A stretch of DNA of 64,000 nucleotides, from the NCBI GenBank assembly GCA_951406725.2, contig OX597825.1, positions 50,468,001 to 50,532,000 on the forward strand, written 5' to 3'. The DNA comes from Octopus vulgaris (lineage: Eukaryota). The notes beneath the pieces were generated by a model. That model was given only the letters and a program-made list of their open reading frames with translations, was not told where the DNA came from and made no database searches. This document shows, piece by piece, positions 50,660 through 64,000 of this stretch. How positions within the stretch are numbered: position 1 is the stretch's first letter; every line of letters starts with the position of its first letter. The translations under genes and the position numbers were made by a program.

Positions 50660-51210
50660 TTAACAACGATTTGTGTTGGCAAAAACATTTCTGAAATTGT
50701 CAAAAAGGCTGAAGATGTCTTAGTAAGACCCTTGTCAGTTGCTTGCTGGTATCTAGTTAAAGCTACATATGACTATGGTACATCCACACTTATATTTCCA
50801 GTCTGGAAACGCCATCTAGTCTACAATATCGATCAACTGGAAACTATAAAGAGACATGCAAGTAGACAAATACCCTCCATTTGTCACTTACCATAGCTTG
50901 AATGTATTGTTCTTTTGGGCATTGACACATTAGAGTTTCAGTGTATAGCAGCTAATTTGGTAGAAACCCATGTGAGTATCTGCCATCTTTCCAACAATTT
51001 TGATCAATCTTTTTGAATTCACTATCTTTACAGCTTGTGAGCATGCTTATAAAATCGAAAAACAGCACCTCATCTGTGACTTCCAGAAATGTTTTTCATA
51101 CTGAGAATTATAGAAGCATGAGATAAACTACTGGGGTTGATTGTAAACAGGACACTGCATCTTTCAAAAATTCCATGCTTCCCAAAATTCCCCAATACTC
51201 TACCTACTAT
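50660..51210 (+). mobile_element. CR1-group LINE ORF2 C-terminal remnant
   Basis: ISEIVKKA..., VW..HLVYNIDQLETIKRHASRQIPSICHLP, LGIDTLE, then a decayed F..RI.EAW.KL terminus. Confidence 0.7.
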
Positions 51211-51989
51211 GCTTGTACGCTCTTTCCTTTTTATGGCTCATTTACTGTTCACTTTTCTGTGCTTTTGAATTTTATATTATGTACTGTGCATGCCACACGC
51301 CTTCACTAGTCATCCTAAGTCTAGTCATGGTAGCCAAAGTTCCAGTAATTTACTTAATGGTGGTAGGAGAGGGTATGAGCTCTCCCATCTCATAAAGAGA
51401 GCACTGGAGGAGGTTGATACACACAGGACCTACACAAGGGCAGACCACTACTGTTCATGCTATTTACCTTTTATTGCTGTCTTTATTTGACTCATTGTTG
51501 TTTTCTGTCTCCTATTTCACTCTTTTCTGGTGTATTGTGCACCTCAGCACTGTATATAATAAGCTCATTTCTATAATTATATTTACCTCTGACATTATTA
51601 TAGACAAGGCCTCACTAATCATCACTGCAATATAAAACTACATTCACCAAAAGTCTACAAATAATGGTCTATGAGCAATATTCCTCATCAAAACTAACTA
51701 CTTCTGCTTTCTTCCAAGCTTCAGACAACCCATTTCTATCTCACCACTTTAATTTTGAATAAAAGTCTTTCTTCCCATTTTCTTCCAACAACTGCTCCTA
51801 CTGGAATTGTTTGTGATGACTAACAGCTGTACATTCATTGTGATGATAACATTATGATGATAGACTGTGATGATACATACATTGTAAACATAGACTGTGA
51901 TATTAAATACATTGTGATGACATGCTGAGTGCAATGACACATACAAACTTATAGATAGTGATAATACATATAGAAGAATAAAATATACT

Positions 51990-52192
51990 GTAATTTCCAA
52001 GTTTGGCACAAGGCCAGTAATTTCAGGGGTGGAGGTAAGTCGATTGCATCAGCCCCAGTCTTCAACTGGTACTTATTTTATTAACCCTGAAAGGATGAAA
52101 AGCAAAGTCAACCTCGACAGAACTGAACTCAGACAGACAAAATGCCACTAAGCATTTTGCTCAGAGTGCTAACAATTCTACCAACTCCCCAC
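51990..52192 (-). mobile_element. SINE family B
   Basis: Collinear with the other family-B copies. Confidence 0.8.
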
Positions 52193-53492
52193 CATAGTGA
52201 AATAAAATATACTTTGGAATGACATGCACTGAAATGATGCATGCAGTGACAGGATTCAAAGCACCGTCCCCTCTATTTCACTGCCTTGCCTACTCATGAT
52301 CTCTGTCCAAGCACAAACCCCCAGAGCCAGTGTGGCTGTTTGAATACATTTCCCTCACCATCATCTGGGGCAACACCTTTTCCATTTCATCTGCTGGGAC
52401 CATGAGGTAGTTTGAATTACAAGAAATTGAGAGAATGTAAGAATATTGTGGATTACTATGTGAACAATAGACTGTTCAACAAACTGGCTCCTATTTTTCA
52501 TGTACATCGAAGTAAATTTCAGTCATGTCTTTAAACCTAAAACAAAAATTGTTGCTTCACATCTGAGCTGGAATCAGTTTGAAATTCCTCCCCAAAATGC
52601 AAAGAGTCAAAGGCCCTTTCTGAGCCATAAAGGTTAGTTTCCCAGATTCTGTGACATATATATATCCCTAAGTGGATAGAATACTGGTCTATCACAGGAT
52701 TACTCATTTTAACCAGCTGCAAGGATAAATCAAATTGAAATGAAGTGTTTTGTGCAAGGACACAACTCATTGCTAGCTCCAGGAATTGAAACTACAATCT
52801 TGGGATTATGAGTGCAACACCCCAACCACTAAGACACACACCTCCACATTAATTATTTCCACTGGACCATAAACACACCACCACCACTATATATCCACAA
52901 TGGGAAATAACACACACTGCTACAACACCATATCCACCAAGACCACAACCAACTCCACTACACATCAACAAAGGGTCACAAACATGTCACCTCCACTACA
53001 CCATCTCAAATACATGTCATCTAACAATAGTCACTGTCAACATTTCATAATTCTTTAAACATTGTTTTTCTAAGAATAATTTCTGTGAGACTATATCGTA
53101 AAAAAAAGAAAAAAATTAAAAAAGGAAAAAAAAACTGTATTATTTTTAATTATCAGATCAGATTTCGAAATGGTGAAGCATAAAATAATATTTAAAAAGC
53201 CCTCGAGTAGGATGTGTTATTTTTTAATTGAGTGGAAAATATTTCATTATTGATATAGAGTTTTAATTAATAAATACATTTATCTAATCTCGTTACCATA
53301 TTTGGCCAAGCAGATTTGCTCAACCATTTTCTGATAACGAAGCCCAAAGGAATTGGAAAGTGAGATACAATAACTTAACTGTGTAGATTATGGTAAACAA
53401 TTTCTATTTGTGGCGTTCCTTAATTTATATTAGCATCACATACTCAATAATGGCTAATGTTGTGTTTCGATCAGATTTGGTCAAGCTGAACA

Positions 53493-53568
<76 letters not shown>

Positions 53569-54155
53569 GATATATATATATATATACATATACATATACA
53601 CATATGTATATGTACGTGTGAATGAGTGTGTGTGTGTATGTGTGTGTGTGTGCCCGCATGTGCATGTGTTTGCATGTATGTGCATGTATGCATATATATA
53701 TCAGTTTGTCTGTATATAACATTGTTGATCATAAACATTCTGCTAGATTGCAAAATCTATAGGATACATATAAAATCCTGGAATCCATTCTGTCTGGTCT
53801 TTGTATAGGAATGAACAGTCAGAAATTTCCTTCTGACCGCATTTCTGTTTTCTTTTTCCCAATATCCAAATCCATTATTCTATATTTGTAATCCTTGAAG
53901 GCCTCATCTATATTTAACATTTCAATATCAATAGCAGCACACACATATTTACACACATACACATACGCATACATATATGTGTATATGTATGTATATATAT
54001 CTTTGTTATAGCGTGATCCACAGATGATCATTTGATACATCCAACCCCTAAACATACACAGAAATCAATAGAATTTGGACTGCAACCAAATTTCATGATA
54101 AAAACTTTCTATTTTATTTTCAATAGAATTACTGTTTGTTTAATATATTTATATA

Positions 54156-54212
<57 letters not shown>

Positions 54213-55666
54213 ACACACACACACACATACATACATACACAAGTAAATCGTTATGCACACATTTATATTTATTCATAAACAGATATGCACACATAACACA
54301 TATATTTACACTCACATATAAATATCTATTAATAAAGCTATATTTTTGTGAATGCCTGCATATATACATACATATATACATACACACATATATATATATA
54401 TATATATTATAGACATATATGCACATATTCACACACACAAGCACATGCACACACACATACTCACATTGAACATCACTTGATCTCTTCCTACATATAAACA
54501 AAAATATCAAATTTGGTCAGTTGTCAAAATTATCATTGATTATACTCTATTAGGAGTACATGCCTACATACAAGCATAAATATACATTATATACATGTGT
54601 GTATTCATATACACAATTTGTTTTGATGGATAGTTAGGAATCTGTGGAAGTTGGTTATGCCAAATATATTCTAAACTTTGAGAACAACTTGCCAAATGGT
54701 GATATAAAAATATAGCAGTAAATTTCCAGATACTTATATATATTGTCCTAACTGAGGGTATGTGTATGTACATGTGCATGTATGTGTTTGTGTGTGAGTG
54801 TTTGTGTGTGTGTTTGTGTGTGTGTATGTGTGTGTGTATGTGTGTACAGAGTTGTTTAGATTTATTTGGATGTGTCCATGACTGTGTGTGTGAGAGATGT
54901 GCACATATATGTGTACATGCACACACACACACATACAAGTTTATATATATATAAAGAATATTTATATTTTTGTGTGTATGTCTATCTGTCTATCTAAATA
55001 TTTATCAACATTTCTATATATAACATATACATTAATAAAAACACACATGCACACACACATATATAAATATATAAATATAAATCAACATATATGTAAATAT
55101 ATTATCTATATTTACACACACACTCACACACATATGTGTATATATATATGTATATATATATATGTGTATATATATATGTATACATATACACGTATGTGTG
55201 AATATGTATATATATATATATGTACACACACATATATATATACATAATTATAAGTATACATATAATTACATATATGCACAAACATACTCACACATCAAAA
55301 ACTAATCACCTACTTAATATAAACACATACAAATACACACACATTTATATATGCATATTAATCAACTGGTGTATTCATTGGTTTGAGGAGCGAGCGTGTA
55401 CGTGCATAGAGACAAGATTATATGAAATAAGATTTGACACAAAGGTTAGGCTATTATATGTATTGATAAACATATCAGCAATTCGATATTTTCATATCTT
55501 TTTAGTCTCAGTAGTAGCAGCAGTCAATGAAATAAAAACATAAAGATTTTTCTATTTTCGGCCAGAGGTTTTCATGTCATAAATTCACACAAATCTTAGC
55601 CTTACAGATAATTAAATAAAGATAACGGAATCTTCCATCACTGGTGTGTATGTATGTGAGTTTACA

Positions 55667-55758
<92 letters not shown>

Positions 55759-55770
55759 AAAATATGTGCA

Positions 55771-55809
<39 letters not shown>

Positions 55810-55814
55810 GTGCA

Positions 55815-55865
<51 letters not shown>

Positions 55866-56083
55866 CTTTAACTTGTTCCAGTCATTAGACTGCAGTCATG
55901 CTGGGGAACTACTCTGAAGACCTTTAGGTGAATAAATTGACCTTAGTACTTATTATTGTTTTAAATCTGCTACTTATTCTATCAGTCCTTTGCCAAACCA
56001 CTAAGTTTGGAGGACATAGACATACCAATACTTATCAAGTAATAGTGGAGGATTAACACAGATACAAGGACGCACAGACATCA

Positions 56084-56139
<56 letters not shown>

Positions 56140-56430
56140 TAATAATAATTTGGATAAATATGTATAATTTGATTAGTGTGTTTAAATGAAGAGACCCAGA
56201 CTGATGGCTCGAAACATATGTTTTACCTAATAAAAGTCTAATATGAAATCCATCCCCTACAATCAATTAATACTATATATATACTCAAAATGGACTTCTT
56301 TCAGTTTCCATCAACCAAATCCACTCACAAGGCTATCAGCAAGTAGACAACGCTTGCCCAACATGCCACCCAGTGAGACTAGCTCCAGAATCGTGTGGTT
56401 GGGAAGCAAACTTCTTACCACATAGTCACA
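55866..56430 (-). mobile_element. SINE family A with a (TAA)n + PLE-terminus insertion (~56085-56285)
   Basis: Tail at 55866, head at ~56300-56430. The insert carries a decayed HHR (aTGAAGA...GAAAC-atat-GTT, 56186-56222). Confidence 0.7.
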
Positions 56431-56884
56431 TATATATATATATATGTTGGGTTGCTTGTAAGAGGTACTGGTAACATGTAATCCAGTACAACCTGCTGCA
56501 TGGTTGAGTGACTAAACTAAGAACTCTTTAAGTTTACTATGTGAGGATGGTGACTGAACAATGCAGGATGTAAAACAAAACCTCTCATAGGACAGATGAA
56601 TTCATTGAAGTCAACAGACATCCAATACTGTGAACACAGGCTTGATCCTGCTATTTCCTATGGACAGCAGCTGGTGCAGAAAACAATGGCTGTGAGAAGG
56701 ATTGATATGTTTTCAACAATGAGCATACACAACAGGTTCAGTCAGCAGAGAACCAACTTCCACAAAACTCTCTGGACCTTGAAGCTGAGAGGTGAATACA
56801 GTCTACTACAAAGGCTTTTGGCTCTCTCAAGAAACATCTATGGAGCTGCTGTGATAATGCCTGCTATATGAAGATAAATCTTTA

Positions 56885-56932
<48 letters not shown>

Positions 56933-57002
56933 GTATATATATATATATATAAATATATGTACATATATATATATGTATATGTATATATACATGTGTATAA
57001 AT

Positions 57003-57205
57003 ACTCTTTTACTCTTTTATGTGTTTCAGTCATTTGACTGTGGCCATGCTGGAGCACCACCTTTAGTAAAACAAATGGTCCCTAGGATTTATTCTTTGTA
57101 AGCCTAGTACTTATTCTATCAGTCTCTTTTGCCGAACTGCTAAGTTACGGGGACGTAAATACACCAGCATCGATTGTCAAGCGATGTTGGGGTGGACAAA
57201 CACAT
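57003..57205 (-). mobile_element. SINE family A 3' half
   Basis: tttcagtcatttgactgtggccatgctggagcacc...gccgaactgctaagttacggggacgtaaa. Confidence 0.85.
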
Positions 57206-57550
57206 ACGCACAAATGTATACGCACACACATACATACACATATAATATATAAATATATATATATACATATATATATATGTATATGTATATGTATGTATGT
57301 ATATATTTGTGTGTGTATGCATAAGTTAACAGTTGAATAACATATTTTAAATACCCAACTGAGAGCAAACTGGTTATTGTTTTGAGATAATTCCTTACTT
57401 TTTACTTATATATATATATATTTGCCTATGTGAGTTACAAGTAATGTTATATGTGGAGTGATACCTGTAGTAAAAAGGGATAAGCAGTCTTTGGCTACTA
57501 TTTCTGAATTTTCGGTATGTGGTTAAGCAACCCTAATATTATATATATAA

Positions 57551-57643
<93 letters not shown>

Positions 57644-57718
57644 AATATATATATATATATATACACATATAAATATATATATACATATAAATATATATAT
57701 ATATATACACACATATAT

Positions 57719-57776
<58 letters not shown>

Positions 57777-57789
57777 ATAAAAGAGAGTT

Positions 57790-57824
<35 letters not shown>

Positions 57825-58619
57825 ATATGTTCTTTATGTATTCTAAAACCAAGTTGCCGATTTTGGCGTATGGAGTATCAAAAGATTCAGTACTATTTCT
57901 GTTCCCAACTAAACTTTATTTTCATTGACATATTTGCATTGCAAAAATTTGAAATTATAATCTTTTCCATAAGTGAACTATCGTTAACATTTTTTACGAC
58001 GATGGCAATGATGACCACATTTTCTATATAAGTGTTTAACTTAAAGACAACCATCATCATGAGACAGACCTTCACTCACTCACTCTGTCTCTCTCTCGCA
58101 CACACACATCCTTTTCATATATACATACATCATTCACTTTTTCATTTCCTTCATTTTCTGTTCTCTCTCTCTACATTCTGCTTTCTCTTTTCTTTCAATT
58201 TCTGCTCTCTTCAAAGCATAAAGAAATTAATTATTGTGGAATGACTGAGTGAAAAGCAGAATGAGAAAAAAGACATAGAAACAAGAGAACGAAACAGAGA
58301 CAGAAAACAAGTTTCTTTAGGAGAAGTTGAAAGGTGGATAGGGGTAAGAGGCGGGTGAGTGACAGGCGCTGATGTTTCATACCCTATGTATTATATATTA
58401 GGTGAAAGTGAAAGAAAGTCAGCACAAAGAGAGGGGGAAAGCGGCAAAGAAGGGGATGCTGAGAACCCCAGAAATGAGGTCATGTCGTACAATTTTAAGG
58501 TCATTTTCTCTTTTGTCCTATGTTTCACGTGTGTGTAGAATTAGGCATTATCTTTCTCTTTCAGTTTCTCATTATAATGTACAGAGGCCTTCTGCTGGTT
58601 ACATAGTACAGCTTCTCTA

Positions 58620-58750
58620 CTGAGGTCAACTTTGCGTTTCATCCTTTTGGGGTCAATAAATTAAGTACCAGTTGCATACTGGTTCGATCTAATCAAATGG
58701 CCCCCCCTCCCCCAAAATTTTGGGCTTTGTGTTTAGAGTAGAAAAGAAGA
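58620..58750 (+). mobile_element. SINE family B 3' part
   Basis: gaggtcaactttgcgtttcatccttttggggtcaataaattaagtaccagt. Confidence 0.8.
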
Positions 58751-59349
58751 TATTACAACTTCACTACATTTCCTTCTTTTGGAATTCAGTGAGGTATGCA
58801 AAAATAACTTCCTTTGCCACACACACAGAATTATGTTATCTTTTGCTGTGCACTGATTTACAGCTCAAATCCTATGGAAATTACCTTTTCCAGTTGTGTC
58901 ATTCCTGTTTATGATGAGCATATTTCAAAACCTGATTTTCCATTTAATCTTACAAAGAAGTTATCTCAGAAATCCTGTCCTTTACCAGTTGTTTCTAGCA
59001 TGTCCAACATGACATTTGTGTAGCCCCACCTCCCTTATTTCCTTCCTCATTTCCTATGTTTTCCATACACAAGATTTGCATTTTGCCCAAAAGCAGGTAG
59101 CTAATGGGTGGCCAAGGTGGGAGAAGGGTCATTCAGTATTTCTGTCAGAAGATTTAATTTTCCAAAAACAAATTATATTTCCCACATTCTTAATCTCTGT
59201 ATTTTTCCACATGTATAAAAAACAAAATTTAAAAAAAACAGTTAAAAATTACCAAAGTTCGTTGGGGAGTGGGAAAATTATAATTTTCTAAACATGATTT
59301 CAGGGCAAAATGATATTAACCCCTTTTTATTCCATGAAACAGTACATAG

Positions 59350-60420
59350 TTTGTGATCCATCTTAAGAACATAATTCACTTTCATGCAAATTGTAGCCCC
59401 CACTTCACTTCTGGACAAACAATAACTTCCATTACATCAGTAATCCACTCCACTATATATCAGCTAACAGAATGCATTATGCTTATCAAGACAGAACATA
59501 GCCAAATCATTCACAGTTTACCACTTCTTCTCATAATGACGGTATACACATTGACTTATGAATTTTTCTACATCTTTCCCTTTGTTACTAAAAGATCAAA
59601 TTATACAATGCACAACTTCAAATTGCTACGTCTTCCATCTTATATGTTCCTTAATCATTCACCCTTTTCAGCCATGCCACCAAAAGGAAGACATTCACAT
59701 TTATCTCCACAAACAAGAACCACAAAGAAAACTGTCTCTATTCGTACTCAAGAAAACTCACTTCAGCAATGCCCAAATGTGTAATATTTCAAAACGATTA
59801 CTGACGGCGGAAGTTCTGCTCTAAACTATACTTATTGTCTGGTATGAATGCACGATGGCACACAGTGGTGCACTAGAAGCCTTAGATAAGGCATTAAGGG
59901 ATATTAGGAACAATACTGCTGTTAAGGGATGGGTGGGGGCTTCAAATATTACCAGTCATACCATGGCGTATGTGAGCTGTCAACAACTATGTGTGTCTGA
60001 AGTTTTCCTCTCTGTGGAGGTTTGTTCATCAGCTTTCATTAAGCAACAATATGTGAACTCATCTCTACAACAACCCCTTAGCTGGGGAATTCTTTCATCA
60101 ACTTCTGCAAACTGGAAATGGTGCTTTACCATTGAATAACACCCTGCAACAGCATGTCCTGCAATGTTGACACATAGTGTCTACACTGGCTGAACTTAAA
60201 GAAAAGGCGTTTCCCACATTGTAAGACAACTTCAAAAGCATAGCATTGTTCGCAGAGAGAGCTATTTTAGCACCTTAGATAGGTGCTAAAATACTTGGAT
60301 TACTTTATCAAGTGTTGATAAAGTAATCCATTAACTCCTCCACATTCTACCAGATTCTTCAGTGTTTGTCTCCATTGATACTACCATTGATGAACATGCC
60401 ACTGCTGAGCATCCAGTGCA
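59350..60420 (+). mobile_element. Helitron RepHel (PIF1-like helicase) pseudogene fragment
   Basis: KGRHSH (GRTAHS-like), CNISK, LIVWYECTMAHSGALEALDKALRDIRNN (IVWDECTMAH..ALEALD..LRDIR motif II), LPVIP and SLWRFV..LSL..NM. Heavily frameshifted. Confidence 0.75.
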
Positions 60421-61218
60421 GATGACTTATATATTTATTCTATCAATACTTGGCTTATGCACAACATAGTTTACCCAGAAACATTGTCAGTTTCACTTAA
60501 CATACATTGAAGAGTATAGTCTGCCCAAATATTACAGAGATGGTGCTTTTCCCATTGAAGCAGCTTTCTTTCCATGTATCTTACTTTCTGCAATGCGGAT
60601 ACCTCTACGTCCTCATACGTCATCCAACTCTTTAAATCCATAAGTCTAGGTCATTTTCGGGGCAATATTAGGATTCCATTCTAATCTAAGTTGCCATTAA
60701 ACATGTTTTTGGTGTCAACAATTTCAGCATTGATCATCACAAAATGACAAAAAAAAAACATGTTTATAAAGAAGAGTTGTTTGCTTCATAGTGCTCGTGT
60801 GCTGATTCTGCCCATAAGAAAGCAACAAATAATACAATTTGGCTGTAGGTCATAACACCAGGGTATATATATACACACACTAAATAAACATAAACGCACA
60901 TAGCGATATAGGCATGTGCAAACGAAGACATACAATAGAAATACAAAATGGCTGACAGTTAGTAAGGAGAGACACAAATAAGAAAGAAGAAAACAAAGGA
61001 CCACTGATGTGGTCACAGGAGTGTGACGAAAGAACTCTGGCCGAAATAAGATTAAGATTAATGTAAAAAATAAATAACACTGAAGCAAAATAACACCAAA
61101 TATATGGTGCATGTGTTTTTATTGGCTAAACTGGCAAAATGACCATTCCAAAATATAACAATATCTGTTTCTACACACGACTTCACATAAAAAATCTTGC
61201 ACAACAAATATTTAAACG

Positions 61219-61249
<31 letters not shown>

Positions 61250-61291
61250 ATATATATATATACATGTGTGTGTGTGTTATATATATATATG

Positions 61292-61344
<53 letters not shown>

Positions 61345-61369
61345 ATGATGATGATGATGATATATATAT

Positions 61370-62068
61370 ATATCATTATCATCATCATAATCAACATCAT
61401 TTAATTTCCATTGTCAATGCTGGCATGGATTGGATGGTTTGACTAGGCTCGCATGCTGGAAGGCTGCACCAGACTCCAGTCTGATTTGGCATGGTTTTCT
61501 ACAGCTTCATGCCCTTCCTAATGCCAACCACTCTGTGAGTGTAATGGGTGCTTTTCCATGCCACCAGCATTGGTGCCATTTACATAACATCAGAGTGTTT
61601 TTACATGCCACTGGTATGGGTGCTAATTTGCATGACACTGGTATCTGCCATGGGTGCGATTTTGCTTGGCTTGAAGGGTTTTCTTCTCAATCATGGCATA
61701 ATGCCAAAGGTCTCAGTCATTACCTCCGTGAGGCCCAACACTCAAAAGGAACTCAGCCACTTTGCCTCTGTTAGGCCCAATGCTCAAAAGGTGCTCAGTC
61801 ACCTTTGCCCCCATGAGACCTAATGCTCAAAAGGTGCTTTTTACATGCCACCAGCATAGGTGGGTTGATGGGTCCCCTCGACTTGATGGGTCCCCTCGAG
61901 CACAGCACATCCCCAAAGGTCTTGGTCACTAGTCATTGCTTCTGTGAGGTTCAAAGTTCAAGATCATGCTTCACCACCTCGTCCCTTGTTGTCTTGCATC
62001 TACCTCTACCACAGGTTCCTTTTACAGATTGACACTTCTTCACACAGCTGTCCTCATCCATACCAGTG
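61370..62068 (-). mobile_element. RTE LINE 3' end and UTR
   Basis: Reverse complement of the RTE terminus (catgctggcatgg...gcccttcctaatgccaaccactct), with internal short tandem duplications (e.g. 18 bp at 61865-61899). Confidence 0.8.
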
Positions 62069-62070
62069 CA

Positions 62071-62105
<35 letters not shown>

Positions 62106-62709
62106 TATGGGCACACAAGGTGCCTACCTGCTAGAAGCAGGAGTGGAAACATTCAGTCAAACCAGCTATAAAACTGAAAAATTTCAACAGAAAGGCTGTG
62201 CTCCAGCATGGCCACAGTCAAATGACTGAAACAATAACTTACTAAGACAACTCAATGCTATATATTTTGGTATTTGGATACACTTGAATCATGATTTTTA
62301 GTTCTGGCAAAAAGCCTTAAGTTTCATCAGCAAGTTTTACCAAGTAAAAAAATGTTGACTCATCACATTGAAGTCTGCCGGCATTCTGAATTGTCTTACA
62401 TCAAAATCAGAACAGCTTCAGTGTAAATACACTAATAAGCAGTAAATATTCAGAAGTGAGTATTTATGTAGATATTGTTATTATTATTATTCTCTGTGGT
62501 AAATATAAATAGTTGATAATAACAGCAACAATAATATAGGCGGTTGCAGGCCTTAAATAGCATTAGAGAGCTATAGAATTAAAATTTATATTTATCATAG
62601 CAGCACACAATATCTTTGATTACTGTGCTTTACTGTTATAGTTACATACCTTCCACTATTACAGGTACATAACTTTCATAGCTATAGATACAATCCCTCT
62701 GCTGCTATT

Positions 62710-63120
62710 CTTTTATTCTTTTACTTGTTTCAGTCATTTGACTGTGGCCATGCTGGAGCATCGTCTTTAGTTGAACAAATTGACCCCAGCACTTATTCTT
62801 TGTAAGCCTCTACTTATTCTATTGGTCTCTATTGCCAAACCACAAAGTTATGGGATGTAAACATACCAACATTGGTTGTCAATCGATGGTGGGGAGACAA
62901 ACACAGACACAAAGACATACATGCACATATACACACACATTATATATATATATGTGATGGGCTTCTTTCCGTTTCCGTCTACCAAATCCACTCACAAAGC
63001 TTTGGTCGGCCTGAGGCTATAGTAGAAGACACTTGCCCAAGATGCCACGCTGTGTTAATGAACCTGGAACTATGTGGTTGGGAAGCAAGTTTCTTTCCAC
63101 ACTGCTACTTCGGCACCTAT
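62710..63120 (-). mobile_element. SINE family A, near full length
   Basis: Tail, central (CA/TA) tract and tRNA-like head all present. Confidence 0.9.
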
Positions 63121-63463
63121 ATGGATACGTATCTTCCACTGTTATTGGTATACACCTGTCACTGCTATAGGTAGGGCCTTCTATTGTTATATGTATATTT
63201 GTTCAACTGTTTATAAATAAATACCTTGCATTACAATCTTCTATTCTTTTTGATAGACATGTTCCACTGTTGTAGGCACCTCCCAGTGCTGTGTGTACAT
63301 AACCTCCTACTACTATCAGTACGTTTCACAACTTCCATCATCTACAACTGCTTTTCTTCTTTTACCGCTAGGACTATCTCCCACCCATCAATCATCACTT
63401 ATCATCCTAACATATTACCTGCTTGTTTCTCTGAAACAAATTAGAAAATATCATCAGATAATT

Positions 63464-63503
<40 letters not shown>

Positions 63504-64000
63504 CTCTCCCCCTCTCTCCATCTCTACTCAGACTCATTGCCAGACTTTGGTTTCTGGGGCTGCTTCAGGATATTTTGGATGGACACTAATTTGTAATGTG
63601 GGACGATTTTCGTAAACTGTTTTTCTTCAATCTAAGGGTGCATCATTGAGTAGTGAGGGGGTAGTGCTGTCCAGTGCACTCCCTTAATAATGGACATGCC
63701 TCTACTCCAATTTTTGTGAGTAAACATTACACTTCCAATATACCAAAACACACTTGTTTTCTGTCCACAATGTGACAATATTTAACATTAGTAGATCATT
63801 TACATTTTTATCTACCCTGTCTGTTTTATCTCACCTCTATTTACCTTTCATGCAAATGAACATCACATGTCTAATATTCTAAACACACATAATACCACTC
63901 TCCAAATTTTTGCTATATAAATCATATAGAATACTAACTTGCAGTTGATATATATTTTTGTTCTGTATGTAGTTTCCTAAAAGACTGACTTCTTTGGTAA

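Overview
This is an AT-rich, microsatellite-dense eukaryotic window with (TA)n, (CA)n, (GA)n, (ACAT)n and (TAA)n tracts. The repeat content (two abundant tRNA-derived SINE families, RTE LINEs with (GAT)n tails, TTAGGG variants) suggests an octopod cephalopod genome; this is inference from repeat recognition, not a database result. No intact, recognisable host protein-coding gene is present, and almost all ORFs in the track are microsatellite artefacts or antisense to transposons. Identifiable coding remnants are decayed mobile elements: RTE, CR1/L2/Jockey-like and R4/Dong-like LINEs, Penelope-like elements (PLEs; RT and GIY-YIG), two mariners, a hAT MITE, a piggyBac-type MITE and Helitron pieces. 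The most interesting signal is a set of minimal type-I hammerhead ribozyme (HHR) motifs. They are carried by short, often palindromic or head-to-head PLE-derived elements that repeatedly sit in (TA)n tracts (13.4, 14.5, 24.6-26.6, 47.8, 48.4 and 56.2 kb; a related motif at 9.4 kb lacks TA flanks). There is also a CpG-retaining segment at 6.6-8.1 kb with frame-compatible minus-strand exon candidates of unknown product. Coordinates of decayed elements are approximate (read by eye).
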